Assembly: GCA_043826435.1 (NCBI GenBank)
Contig: JBDRQF010000007.1
Coordinates: forward strand, 11,724 to 75,723
Length of the DNA: 64,000 nucleotides
Origin: Elusimicrobiota bacterium
Lineage (GTDB): Bacteria > Elusimicrobiota > Endomicrobiia > CG1-02-37-114 > JAHJSO01
Direction of reading: 5' to 3'
In this document: positions 9,798-19,487 of the stretch, in pieces
Position numbering within the stretch: the first letter of the stretch is position 1
How the letters are laid out: every line of letters begins with the position of its first letter
Notes under the pieces: generated by a model
What the model was told of the DNA's origin: nothing
Database searches by the model: none
What the model saw: only the letters and a program-made list of their open reading frames with translations
Translations under genes and position numbers: made by a program

Positions 9798-11986
9798 TTA
9801 TTTTTTCCCATTATTTATGCTTACAGCACTTTCATTATATTTGTTTCGTATGATTACATTGTCAGGGTCTATATTGAGGACAAATCCATATGATTCTTTC
9901 GCTCTCTGGTAATTCCCTATGGCAAAGTAAGCGTCCCCAAGATTAATGTATGCCTTTATATTTCCGGGTTCTAACTTTATTGCTTGTTCAAGTATATCAA
10001 CCGCTTTGTGGTATAGTTTTTTTATAAGGTATAATGTTCCAAGATTATAATATGTTTTCACAAAATCAGGTTTGATTTGTATCAACTGTTCATACTCTTC
10101 AATTGCCTGGTCAAATTGGCCTTTATCAAAATAGGTTATACCTTTATTGTTCCGTGCATCAATATGATAAGGATTGATCTCAATGGCTTTATTATACTCA
10201 ATAATCGCCTGGTCATATAGTTCCGCATCACGATATTTATTTCCAAGAATAAAATATCCGTTTGCATTTTGGGGCTCCAGAGAAACCGCATGTTTGTAGT
10301 AATAAAATGCTTTATTGGGTAAATGTTTTTCTTTGTAAATGTCACCAAGCAAAATATAATTTCTGCTTTTTCCCCATATCCGGAGGAGATTAATTCTTCC
10401 ATTGTTTTAATGGCGTTGTCATACTCCCCTTTGTCTTTATAGAGTTTTATAAGATAGAAGTATGCTTCCTCTACAAACACTCCTGTTTTCTGCCATTTTA
10501 TTGCTTCTTTAAATTTGTTCTCTGCCTCATAAAATAGCCCTTTTTGAGCATAGATATACCCAATCCCAGCGCACGCCTGTGCTGCCGTAGGATTTATTGC
10601 CAAAACATTTTGATAAAATTGCATCGCTAAATCATACTGTCCCTTGTTTTGGTATATACTACCAAGGCTATAATTTGCATTTAAGGAATCAGGATTATTT
10701 TTATAGGCGCTCATCCAGAAACTAAAATCATCTTTCCAGTCCTGATTTCTTTTTATAGTTCTGACAGAATAAAACATTATTAAAAAACCCAGGACTAAAT
10801 ACAAAAATTTTACTTTTTTTACCAAACCAAAAATCATAGATAAAAACAGACAGAACCCTATTGAGGGAATGTATAAAAACCGTTCCGCCATTACCACCCC
10901 AATAGGGATAATATGTGAGACAGGGAGTAAACTAACAAAAAAGAGAAAAACACAGAAAGAGAGTTCCTTTGAGTACTTCTTAAGCAATACAGCGGAAATC
11001 AATATTCCAACAAGGATAATTATTGAACTAATCACGGGGAATTCAAAAATAGAAAAAGATGGTAATACTAAATGATCTGCGCTTAATTTTAACGGATAAA
11101 TTAACAACCACAGGTATCTGACAGTAACTTTGCACATTGTTAACATAGAAGTATAAATATTCCCACCCATGTATTCTATGGGTTTAGAAAAATCTCGGCC
11201 CCCTATAATATCTGTGAATTTCGCTGGATTGAAAACTAAAAATCTACCAAACAAATAAAGAGATAGCACTATAAAAAATGGAATATATCTCTTTATGTCA
11301 AAACGGGGGGCGTTCCGGGACGTTTTCTGAAATGAATAATCATATAATATCAATATAAAAGGTAAAGTTACCGCCATTTCTTTTGCAAATAAAGAAAAAA
11401 TGAAAAAGGTCAATGATAAGATATAAAAGAATATTTTTTTGTTTTTGAGAATATCATCGTATGACTTGATATAAAAAATGATACTTGATAGGAAAAATAA
11501 TAAACAAATCAGATCTTCGCGAAAACTTACCACATTGACGGTTTCAGTTGAAATCGGATGGACGACAAATATCAAACCAGAAACCACGGCTATAAATTTA
11601 TTCTTGGTGATTAATTTTGCAAATAAATAAATCAGGATGCCATTAAAAGCGTGAAACAATATATTTGTAAGATGCCATCCAACTGGATTGAGTTTCCACA
11701 ACTGATAGTCAACAAATAGAGATAAAGTAGCGATAGGTCTATATGCCCCTTCCTGGGAAAGAACAAAATATTTTTTACTCAGGAGCAAGGGAATATTTTC
11801 CCACTGTTTTATAAAATCATTTCCTACTATTACTACTCTGTCATCCCAGACAAAATCATTCTTAAATGTATTCCAATAAACAAGTACTGTAATAGATATG
11901 ATTAAAACACAGATAACTATTAGTCCTTTGTTGCTTTTTTGTTCCAAGGTTTTCTGTTCTAAATTATTTTTAACTCTCGGGTTCAT
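9798..11986 (-). pseudogene. TMTC-like (GT-C, DUF1736) membrane glycosyltransferase with TPR repeats, split by a -1 frameshift near 10350-10375
   Basis: ORF 10136-11986 has FVWDD, YRPI, VHPISTETV, AERFLYIPS, then TPRs; TPRs continue in overlapping ORF 9798-10352; AT-rich. Confidence 0.75.
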
Positions 11987-12047
11987 TGATTTAATGCATC
12001 AAGGTAGTGCCATAACTGATTCACCTCGCACAACCCTGTTATCCTTT

Positions 12048-13430
12048 TTAGTATATATAACTGCTCCCGCCGATAAACTCTCTTAGTAGCGAATTAGCCG
12101 GCACAATTGAATCGTCCGGCACATCCTCAATTGATGTCATCAAATTATATATCCTTTTCGCCCGTATATATGCGTCCGTTTTCTTCGGGTCTTTTTCATA
12201 TTTGGCGATTATTTCGGGGAAATAACGGAACAGGTGTTTCTTGTGAAATGGCATTTCGTAGGGGAGCGCCCCGTTAAAAACATAGTCCGCCTTGTTAATA
12301 AACGGCACGATGAACCTCATTTCACTCCGCCTTACATAATGCCAGTGTCCCACTGTCCTGGCGGGGTCATAGGCGCGGTGCAGGGAATCCCTGACCATCC
12401 TCCTCAGCATTCTCAAATCAGCCCACCTTATAAACTCCCCTGAATTGTCCTTTAACTGGCATATCGCCTCAATATAAAACTTAAACTTCATATCGTGCGG
12501 GATGCTGGATGTCATATCCCCGTAAAGGCCGTGTAAACTGTCCAGAAGCAGAATATGGTTTTCCGTCAGGCGGAATTTCCGGACATTTAATGTCCTTAGC
12601 CCTGTCCTAAAATTGTATTCGGGCATTTTTATCTCTTCGCCCTTTATCAGTTTATACAGATGTTCGTTTATAAGCGGCAGGTCAAGGGCCTGCGGGGTCT
12701 CAAAATCATAATCGCCATATTCATCCTTCGGGTGTTCCTCCAGGTTCTTAAAGTAATTGTCCAGGTTCATAAGGACAAAACTTATTCCTTTTGTTTTAAG
12801 GACCTCGCCTATTTTTGTGGTCGTCGTGGTTTTGCCCGAACTGGAAGGTCCCGCTACTATAACAATCCTTATTCTGTCTCTCCGCCCCATTATTTCTTCC
12901 GCTACCCTGCTGATTTCGTCGTGATATCTTTCTTCTGCGTCTTTGATTAGTTCAGGCAAGGTGCCATTGTGAATTCTTTTATTCAGTTTTTCTACCGTAT
13001 CTACTTCATGGTCAACATTCCATGTATATGCCCTCCAGAGAACCTTGTAAGGGATGTTGTCCTCCACTACGATTCTGGATTCTTTGCCCTCCCGGAGCCG
13101 CTTGTGCTCCTGACGGTAAATTATGTACGCCTTCGCAGTCCTGAAATGTCCGTTCTCAACAAGGACCTTTTCTATTAAGTCCTGTATGTCTTCAACGGTT
13201 AACGTTGAACCGGCAGGGTACGTCTCCGATATAAGTCCCACCACCTTGCCTGCCAGTTCTTCGGATATTGCCCTGTCCGAGCCGCCCACCTCAACCGCAG
13301 CCCTGAAGATTGAGTCGGCAATTTTGTCTTTATTGAAAACAACGGACCTGCCGTCCCTTTTGATTATCTGGTTAATTTTGTAACTTTCCGTTTCTGCTGA
13401 CGGGAAAAGAGAGGGTTGCTCGTCCATCAT
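12048..13430 (-). CDS. ATP-cone domain plus uridine-kinase-like P-loop kinase
   Basis: N-terminal IIKRDGR...VEDIQDLIEKVL...YIIYR ATP cone; AGPSSSGKTT, LDNYF, LRRMVRD kinase motifs. Confidence 0.8.
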   Translation of the reverse strand: MMDEQPSLFPSAETESYKINQIIKRDGRSVVFNKDKIADSIFRAAVEVGGSDRAISEELAGKVVGLISETYPAGSTLTVEDIQDLIEKVLVENGHFRTAKAYIIYRQEHKRLREGKESRIVVEDNIPYKVLWRAYTWNVDHEVDTVEKLNKRIHNGTLPELIKDAEERYHDEISRVAEEIMGRRDRIRIVIVAGPSSSGKTTTTTKIGEVLKTKGISFVLMNLDNYFKNLEEHPKDEYGDYDFETPQALDLPLINEHLYKLIKGEEIKMPEYNFRTGLRTLNVRKFRLTENHILLLDSLHGLYGDMTSSIPHDMKFKFYIEAICQLKDNSGEFIRWADLRMLRRMVRDSLHRAYDPARTVGHWHYVRRSEMRFIVPFINKADYVFNGALPYEMPFHKKHLFRYFPEIIAKYEKDPKKTDAYIRAKRIYNLMTSIEDVPDDSIVPANSLLREFIGGSSYIY

Positions 13431-14446
13431 ATTAAGGTTGCCTTTCTATAGAGTATAAGGACGGATGTTTTTATCATACTGGCGACGGGCACGGCGAGGA
13501 ACATTCCAATGACGCCTCCCATCTGGGCGCCGGCCAGCACAACAAATATAATAACGGCGGGATGGATTTTCATACCCTTGCTCACCACTATCGGCTGGAT
13601 AAAGTTATTGTCTATAAACTGGATAATAACAAAAAGAAGTACAACCTTTATTACTATGGTGCTGTCCTGGTGGAATGTAATAGCGGATATTATTGCCGGC
13701 ACTGCCCCGGCAACGGGCCCCATATACGGTATCATATTTGCGAGCCCTGCGACAATCCCTATTATAACCGCATATTCAATATTGAGAAACAACAAACCCG
13801 CCACAGACATAACCGCAACACATACCGCCTCTATAATCTGCCCCCGGACAAATCTACCGACGATTACATCAAATTCACATACAATGCTCAGCACTGTCTC
13901 TACGTACCTGCTGGGGACAGCCCTGAAAATTGCATTAAATACCTTCCTGCCATTCATAAGCATAAAAAATGTAATGACGGGTATCAAAACGAGCAAAGAA
14001 AGTACAGGGAACAATTCAAGCAGAAGCGTTGGTATCTGTGATATTTCCGACTCAACAAATCCGGAGATTTTCTTTACTATCGTGTCAAAGATGCCCTTCT
14101 GTCGGACAATCGGATATTTTGTCTCTATGACATGCTGGAGTGTCCCGAGTGAACCCTTCAGCCCTTCGGCATATACCTGCAGATTGGAACTCAGTTTTGA
14201 GAGTTCCCGCATAATTTTCGGGGAAAAAGTTACAATAGCGGAAAGGCAAATGGTCATAAAAAATATATAAATTGAAACAACGACTATGCCTCTCTTTATT
14301 CCGAATGATTCAAAATACACTACAAGGGGTGATATAAAATACGATAAGACAGCGGACAGGAAAAACGGGAGGACGACTACCCTTACAGAATACAGGAATA
14401 AAACAACTATACCGGCAACCAGCAAAACAATGCTTGTTTTTTTCAT
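13427..14446 (-). CDS. AI-2E (PerM) family transporter
   Basis: NMIPYMGP, QFIDNNFIQP, GVIGMFLAVP motifs; start moved to ATG of MKKTSIV. Confidence 0.88.
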   Translation of the reverse strand: MKKTSIVLLVAGIVVLFLYSVRVVVLPFFLSAVLSYFISPLVVYFESFGIKRGIVVVSIYIFFMTICLSAIVTFSPKIMRELSKLSSNLQVYAEGLKGSLGTLQHVIETKYPIVRQKGIFDTIVKKISGFVESEISQIPTLLLELFPVLSLLVLIPVITFFMLMNGRKVFNAIFRAVPSRYVETVLSIVCEFDVIVGRFVRGQIIEAVCVAVMSVAGLLFLNIEYAVIIGIVAGLANMIPYMGPVAGAVPAIISAITFHQDSTIVIKVVLLFVIIQFIDNNFIQPIVVSKGMKIHPAVIIFVVLAGAQMGGVIGMFLAVPVASMIKTSVLILYRKATLI

Positions 14447-14456
14447 TATTACGGAT

Positions 14457-15059
14457 TCAGGTGAGCCCGGCAAAAAATTCGCTCGTTTGTCTCAATCTTG
14501 AACTTACGATCTTTGCAAGGTTTCTTATTACGATTATTCCGATCCTCGGGTCTTTCTGAATTATATTGTCCATGTTAATTTTATACATAAAACACAGGAC
14601 GCTATCCTTTGTTGTTTTTGCGGTCGCCGAGCGGGACATTTCCTCAAGCAGAGCCATCTCACCAAAAAAATTCCCCGCCGTAATGGTTGACAGGACCTTG
14701 TCGTCGGGCACGCTTCCTGCGGCAACGAACCCTGCAGGGGGCTTCTTCGCGGCAGCGATTCCTACCCCGGGCGGGTTTCCAATGGGGTTTGCAACAACAC
14801 CCCCATAGTCGCATGGATTCATTCTGGACTTTGCAATAACGACTTCCCCGGACTTGATGATAAAAAGGGCTCTACCCGGCTCTCCTTCTTTAAAGACAGT
14901 TTCACCTGCCGGATATGTCTTTTCATACAGGACGGGAACAATTCTGCCGAGCGCCCGTCTGCTGAGCCCGTCAAACACGGGCACCCTTGACAGAAACTCA
15001 ACCTTTTGTTTGAATTCCTTACTGAGAAAAAATGATTCAAATAATGATTTCATGTCCAT
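14457..15059 (-). CDS. Stand-alone cyclic-nucleotide-binding domain protein
   Basis: GETVFKEGEPGRALFIIKSG and FFGEMALL...RSATA motifs; ~40-aa low-complexity insert. Confidence 0.85.
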   Translation of the reverse strand: MDMKSLFESFFLSKEFKQKVEFLSRVPVFDGLSRRALGRIVPVLYEKTYPAGETVFKEGEPGRALFIIKSGEVVIAKSRMNPCDYGGVVANPIGNPPGVGIAAAKKPPAGFVAAGSVPDDKVLSTITAGNFFGEMALLEEMSRSATAKTTKDSVLCFMYKINMDNIIQKDPRIGIIVIRNLAKIVSSRLRQTSEFFAGLT

Positions 15060-15087
15060 ACGTTCACCTTGTGTGCGACATCATGCG

Positions 15088-15115
15088 TGCATTCGCATGT
15101 CCCTATGTTAAATAT
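15088..15115. repeat. Short REP-like dispersed repeat, copy 1
   Basis: TGCATTCGCATGTCCCTATGTTAAATAT; 26/28 identical to 63931-63958. Confidence 0.6.
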
Positions 15116-15222
15116 TACTCCGTTGCCTTTCACAGGTGCTTTTGCAGATTCTACGGACTATTTATACAAAATAAAAATGGGTTTGTCAAGAAAGGGTAGG
15201 CGATGCCTCATAAAAAATTTTT

Positions 15223-15711
15223 TTAATGTTTGGCATTTTTTGAATGACTCTGTCTATCCGTAAAACGCTGGAACGGGAGTATCGGGGGGAATACAATAAA
15301 TAAAATTAGTGTGGAAACAGCAATGATTATCGTCGGTATTTCAATTATGAGCGGATGTACATCGGGATATACAAGTTTTTCAATCCACTCTGCGATGAAG
15401 GAACCATGGTAATCAACCGGCGATATTGAGTGAACCCTCTGTTTGAGATTGTATTCAATGAGTGTCAGGGGGCAGTGTTTTTTAAGCAGGGTTAATGCGC
15501 CAACATAAATTATACCCGCCAGATGAATTATTCTCATAATTGATATAATAAATTTTTTATCCGCCGACCCTGACGCCGGCGGCACTGACGCTGACACAAA
15601 TTTTTTATTGAATAACACAAAATAGACGGTGAATAAAAACCCTGCAATCATGAAAATTATCCAGAGAAAATGCAAGGTAACAATCAAATCAGCCAGAATT
15701 TTATAGTTCAA
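15223..15711 (-). CDS. DUF2784 family membrane protein
   Basis: LADLIVTLHFLWI, CPLTLIE, SFIAEWIEKLVYP. Confidence 0.75.
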   Translation of the reverse strand: MNYKILADLIVTLHFLWIIFMIAGFLFTVYFVLFNKKFVSASVPPASGSADKKFIISIMRIIHLAGIIYVGALTLLKKHCPLTLIEYNLKQRVHSISPVDYHGSFIAEWIEKLVYPDVHPLIIEIPTIIIAVSTLILFIVFPPILPFQRFTDRQSHSKNAKH

Positions 15712-15741
15712 AATAGCCCCTCTCCGATATTAAAATCTAAA

Positions 15742-18216
15742 TCATAAAGCGATAGATTTCGTAGAGTGTTGCTCTAATATACGTCCGCCAATAACAGCCA
15801 TCGGCAGACATATCAACAAAAAAAATACACCCGCCAGAATACTTGAACCTGCAAGCCCTAACACAGGAATGAGAAAAACGGACGATGTAAAAGCGCCGCC
15901 GGCGGCACCTAACAAATCAAACCCGTAAACAACGCCTGCGCGGGAACCCGTTTTACTGTTTTCCGGCCGTCCCATTATACCGGTTGCAACAGGGAAAAGC
16001 AGTCCGGCGGGCATCCCTGAAATAAATGTCAAAAATGGATATAGCACTGCGGGCATATCGGATTTGATAATCAGGGGCAACAGCAGGGAAAAAATCCCGG
16101 CAGATGCTGTGACCACTTGGATTAAGGTAAAGGGTCGCGAATAATTATTTTTTGTTGCCGTCCCGTCTATGAATCTTGTAGAAAAATAACTTCCGGCCGC
16201 CAGCCCTGCCATGGACGCAGTAAGAAGTATGCCTATCTGGTGATAGACGTACCCGAATTTCACCTGGAAAGCGAATATCAGAACAAGTTCAAGCAAGAGT
16301 GAACAAAAACCTGTGCAGGCGACCGCAAGGAGCGTTATGCCCGCCCGCAATCTCTCTGCCTGCAATCCCACTTTTTGCCTTCGTCTGATTTGGAACCACA
16401 GGGAAATGATTACAATGACCGCGCCGGCGAATGCGCCCGCAAGAAGCGTCCGCCTGTTTTTCATCAGCCATTCCATCCGGCTCACAAAACTTCTGCCCGA
16501 ATACGATGCCTGTAACATGATGCCGTAAAAATAATTCACCGGCTGAAAGTCCCTGCTCAACGAGACCTCTTCTTCCCTTTCAGTTACCTGGTCGGACAAT
16601 GTTTGCACCCGGGTCTCACCCAGAACGTATCTTACATAGAAAGGCGTAAGATATGTAAGATGAAATTTTTGACTGACCAGCAAGTCCGCCAGGGCGGGCG
16701 CAGGAACGCCTGATATATTCCCTGAAATGAAATAATTTTTCACCCCGGGCACCAGCGAGCATCCGCCGAACACCTTTTTTATCGTCTTGTATAAACCTGC
16801 ACTGAGATACCTCATCTCCGGGGACATATAACCGTCCGCTGACGAGAGCCCTGTGATAAAAACCCCGTCATCAGACAGCAGCGATTTTATCTCCCTGAAA
16901 AATTCCTCGGTATAGAACCTGCTGACCAGCCCTGTGGTCGGGTCGGGCATGTCAACAATAACGCAGTCGTATTTTTCAGCTCTGCGGACAGCCGTCTTTG
17001 TGAAATACCGTCCATCCCCAAAAAATATTTCTACTCTGGAATCAGAAAGGGCGGTTATATCCTCCGGTGGCAGATATTTTTTCGCCATTGAAACGAGCAT
17101 CGGGTCAAGTTCAACGAGCATGACCTTACGGAGAGGGTGTTTCAGCACTTCATACAAATTGCCTGAAAGCCCCCCTCCAATGAGCAGGACTTTTTGGGAA
17201 TTCGGACACAAAAACATTGCGAAGTGTACAATCTCTTCCGGCTGCTGTCGTTCCTGCGTTGAAAAAAGTTTACCCCCGTTTTCATAAAAATCATAATGTC
17301 CATCTGATAAATCGTGCCGTGCCCCTGAGTGCTGCCCCCGTAAGTGTTTCTCTCCCTTTGCGTGCCGTCCCTGTGGCGGCCCCAACACGACAATATTCCC
17401 GTAGAGCGAATTTTTTGATTCAACAAGGGTGAACGGCTTCCATTGAATTTCCCCTGCAAGCCCGTCAATCTTTACTATTTCACCCGAGAACAAGATAATG
17501 CTGAATAAAAACAGGAAAAAAATGCTGACAACCGCCTGCGGGTTTACAAACTTCCGCAGGTGTATTCCCCGCGGAAGAGGTGTATGCTGTGCGGGTGTAC
17601 CGTCGGGTGGCATGGGAGGTATTACGGTTATCCGTGAAACGGACAAAGGTATGAGTAGCAGAAAATTTACGATTGAAAAACCAGCCGCTATCTGCATTGA
17701 TGAGAAATGTTTTATAAGGAGGAAACTTGTAATTAGTCCGCCGAGGATTGCCCCGACCGCCTCAAGAAAATACACCCTGCCAGCAGACACCCCGGTAAAT
17801 GTCCCTGCGCTAAACCATGAACCTAACAATATACACATTGGTGAGAGAAGACAGAGAGAAAAAAACATTGTGTGTGTCATGCCGAGGGTCTCAAAGGGCG
17901 TCCCCTGTAACAAGGGCCTTATTATTTTCGTCAGAAAAATCACGGCAGGCAGAAAAACGGATATAACAAGAATTATTGTTCTGTATATCCCGAAAATGTC
18001 GGCGAGTGATTTGGCGGGTGATTTAGTGAGTGATTTAATTTTAGAAATTATCCTGCCTGAAACAGCCGCTCCTGCGCCCACAAGCACCATCCACAGTGAC
18101 ATAACAATGCCTATTGTCAGTTCGTTCCCTGAAAAGATTGTAAAAAGTTCCCTGAGCAGGACTATCTGCATTGAGAGCGATGTAGCGCCAAGAAGTACCA
18201 TTGACAGGGAAAGCAT
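15742..18216 (-). CDS. Membrane-fused spermidine-synthase-like SAM-dependent protein
   Basis: TM blocks flank VLLIGGG, VELDP, DGR, DMPDP, FYTEEFF. Confidence 0.85.
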   Translation of the reverse strand: MLSLSMVLLGATSLSMQIVLLRELFTIFSGNELTIGIVMSLWMVLVGAGAAVSGRIISKIKSLTKSPAKSLADIFGIYRTIILVISVFLPAVIFLTKIIRPLLQGTPFETLGMTHTMFFSLCLLSPMCILLGSWFSAGTFTGVSAGRVYFLEAVGAILGGLITSFLLIKHFSSMQIAAGFSIVNFLLLIPLSVSRITVIPPMPPDGTPAQHTPLPRGIHLRKFVNPQAVVSIFFLFLFSIILFSGEIVKIDGLAGEIQWKPFTLVESKNSLYGNIVVLGPPQGRHAKGEKHLRGQHSGARHDLSDGHYDFYENGGKLFSTQERQQPEEIVHFAMFLCPNSQKVLLIGGGLSGNLYEVLKHPLRKVMLVELDPMLVSMAKKYLPPEDITALSDSRVEIFFGDGRYFTKTAVRRAEKYDCVIVDMPDPTTGLVSRFYTEEFFREIKSLLSDDGVFITGLSSADGYMSPEMRYLSAGLYKTIKKVFGGCSLVPGVKNYFISGNISGVPAPALADLLVSQKFHLTYLTPFYVRYVLGETRVQTLSDQVTEREEEVSLSRDFQPVNYFYGIMLQASYSGRSFVSRMEWLMKNRRTLLAGAFAGAVIVIISLWFQIRRRQKVGLQAERLRAGITLLAVACTGFCSLLLELVLIFAFQVKFGYVYHQIGILLTASMAGLAAGSYFSTRFIDGTATKNNYSRPFTLIQVVTASAGIFSLLLPLIIKSDMPAVLYPFLTFISGMPAGLLFPVATGIMGRPENSKTGSRAGVVYGFDLLGAAGGAFTSSVFLIPVLGLAGSSILAGVFFLLICLPMAVIGGRILEQHSTKSIAL

Positions 18217-18339
18217 ATTAAATTATACAAAAATAAAATGAAAATTCAAAATGGGGCAGGCAACCGGGTGGCGGCCGCGCGGACAGGCGGCCGCGCGGAC
18301 ATTGAATATTCCCTGAAAAAGGTGTATAATGAGACCGAA

Positions 18340-19056
18340 ATGCTTTTGAGAATCTACCGCAAACTCCTGAAATACTTCGGCCCGCAGGGCTGGTGGCCTA
18401 TTAACGCCCTGTATGACCCTTCAAAAAAGACATTCACCCGCGCTGAAAAATTTGAAATAATGGCGGGCGCAATTCTCACCCAGAATACGTCATGGAAGAA
18501 CGTTGAAAAAGCCCTCTCAAACCTGAGAAAAGAAAAACTCCTGGACATAACGGCCATCTCCGAAGTTAACATAAAAATACTCCGGGGGGTAATCAGGCCG
18601 TCAGGATTTTTTAAGCAGAAGGCATCCCGGCTTAAAAACTTCGCAAGGCGTGTCCGGACGGAAGCCGACCGCTCGTATGGCAACATTACCAGGGAATATC
18701 TTTTATCCTTAAACGGCATAGGGCCTGAAACCGCGGATTCAATAATGCTCTATGCCCTCGGCAAACCGTATTTCGTCATTGACGCATATACGAAGCGGTT
18801 GATAAAAAGGGCCGGCCTTACGGACGCCGACGATTATGAAACACTGCGGCAATTCTTTCAGAAAAACCTGCCCGCAGACACGGAAATATTCGGTGAATAT
18901 CACGCCCTGATTGTAGCCCTCGCTAAAAAATTCTGTAAAAAAGTCCCGGAATGCCGCGGCTGCCCGATTTCGGCCAACTGTTCGATCGTCAGGAGTGCAC
19001 CGACAGTCAGGGGTAGGGGGCAGGGACTCCCGACGGACGCACTTGACACCCGTTAA
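18340..19056 (+). CDS. Endonuclease III-like HhH-GPD DNA glycosylase with FeS cluster
   Basis: GPQGWWP, AILTQNTSW, GIGPETADSI, C-x6-C-x2-C-x5-C; start placed at MLLRIY after the promoter at 18302-18330. Confidence 0.88.
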   Translation: MLLRIYRKLLKYFGPQGWWPINALYDPSKKTFTRAEKFEIMAGAILTQNTSWKNVEKALSNLRKEKLLDITAISEVNIKILRGVIRPSGFFKQKASRLKNFARRVRTEADRSYGNITREYLLSLNGIGPETADSIMLYALGKPYFVIDAYTKRLIKRAGLTDADDYETLRQFFQKNLPADTEIFGEYHALIVALAKKFCKKVPECRGCPISANCSIVRSAPTVRGRGQGLPTDALDTR

Positions 19057-19072
19057 AAATTTATGGTATAAT
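19043..19072 (+). promoter_or_regulatory. Consensus sigma70 promoter
   Basis: TTGACA-18 bp-TATAAT with TG extension. Confidence 0.7.
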
Positions 19073-19182
19073 CGCTAAGGTGATACCCGACACACCTGAA
19101 ACAAACCTAAAGGGGCCGATAAAAAACAGGGTTTCACGAATCCCAGAAACACAGTAATAACTTAAAGATAGAGTGGATTAAA

Positions 19183-19368
19183 ATGAAATCAGTCAGACAT
19201 ATTAAAGGCCTTACGGAAGGCCTGAATTGCTTTCTTCAACTTACCTCTGAATTTAGAAAAAATAAAATCTTTATACCGAAAGGGGTCTATAAATTTAAAA
19301 CACTGGAAGAGGCAGAAAAATGGCGACACCTGATGATAATAGGCAAGAGTCCCGTCCACCGACGATAG
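19183..19368 (+). CDS. Small hypothetical protein, putative partner of a nucleotidyltransferase
   Basis: 61 aa with PKGVYKFKTLEEAEKW; follows a strong promoter and overlaps the next ORF. Confidence 0.55.
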   Translation: MKSVRHIKGLTEGLNCFLQLTSEFRKNKIFIPKGVYKFKTLEEAEKWRHLMIIGKSPVHRR

Positions 19369-19487
19369 ATGACCTTGTTATGATATGCGAGAAACTCAAT
19401 GAAGAGAAAGCAAAATATATTGTTATAAGAGTGAAGAAAAACAATAAGAAGTGGACGCATGACCGAACAGAACATTACCTTTTTTGA
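19320..19487 (+). pseudogene. Truncated nucleotidyltransferase-family gene (N-terminal fragment)
   Basis: Manual translation MATPDDNRQESRPPTIDDLVMICEKLNEEKAKYIVI|RVKK...*; resembles NTase N-termini but breaks off just before the expected GG and DxD motifs. Confidence 0.5.
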
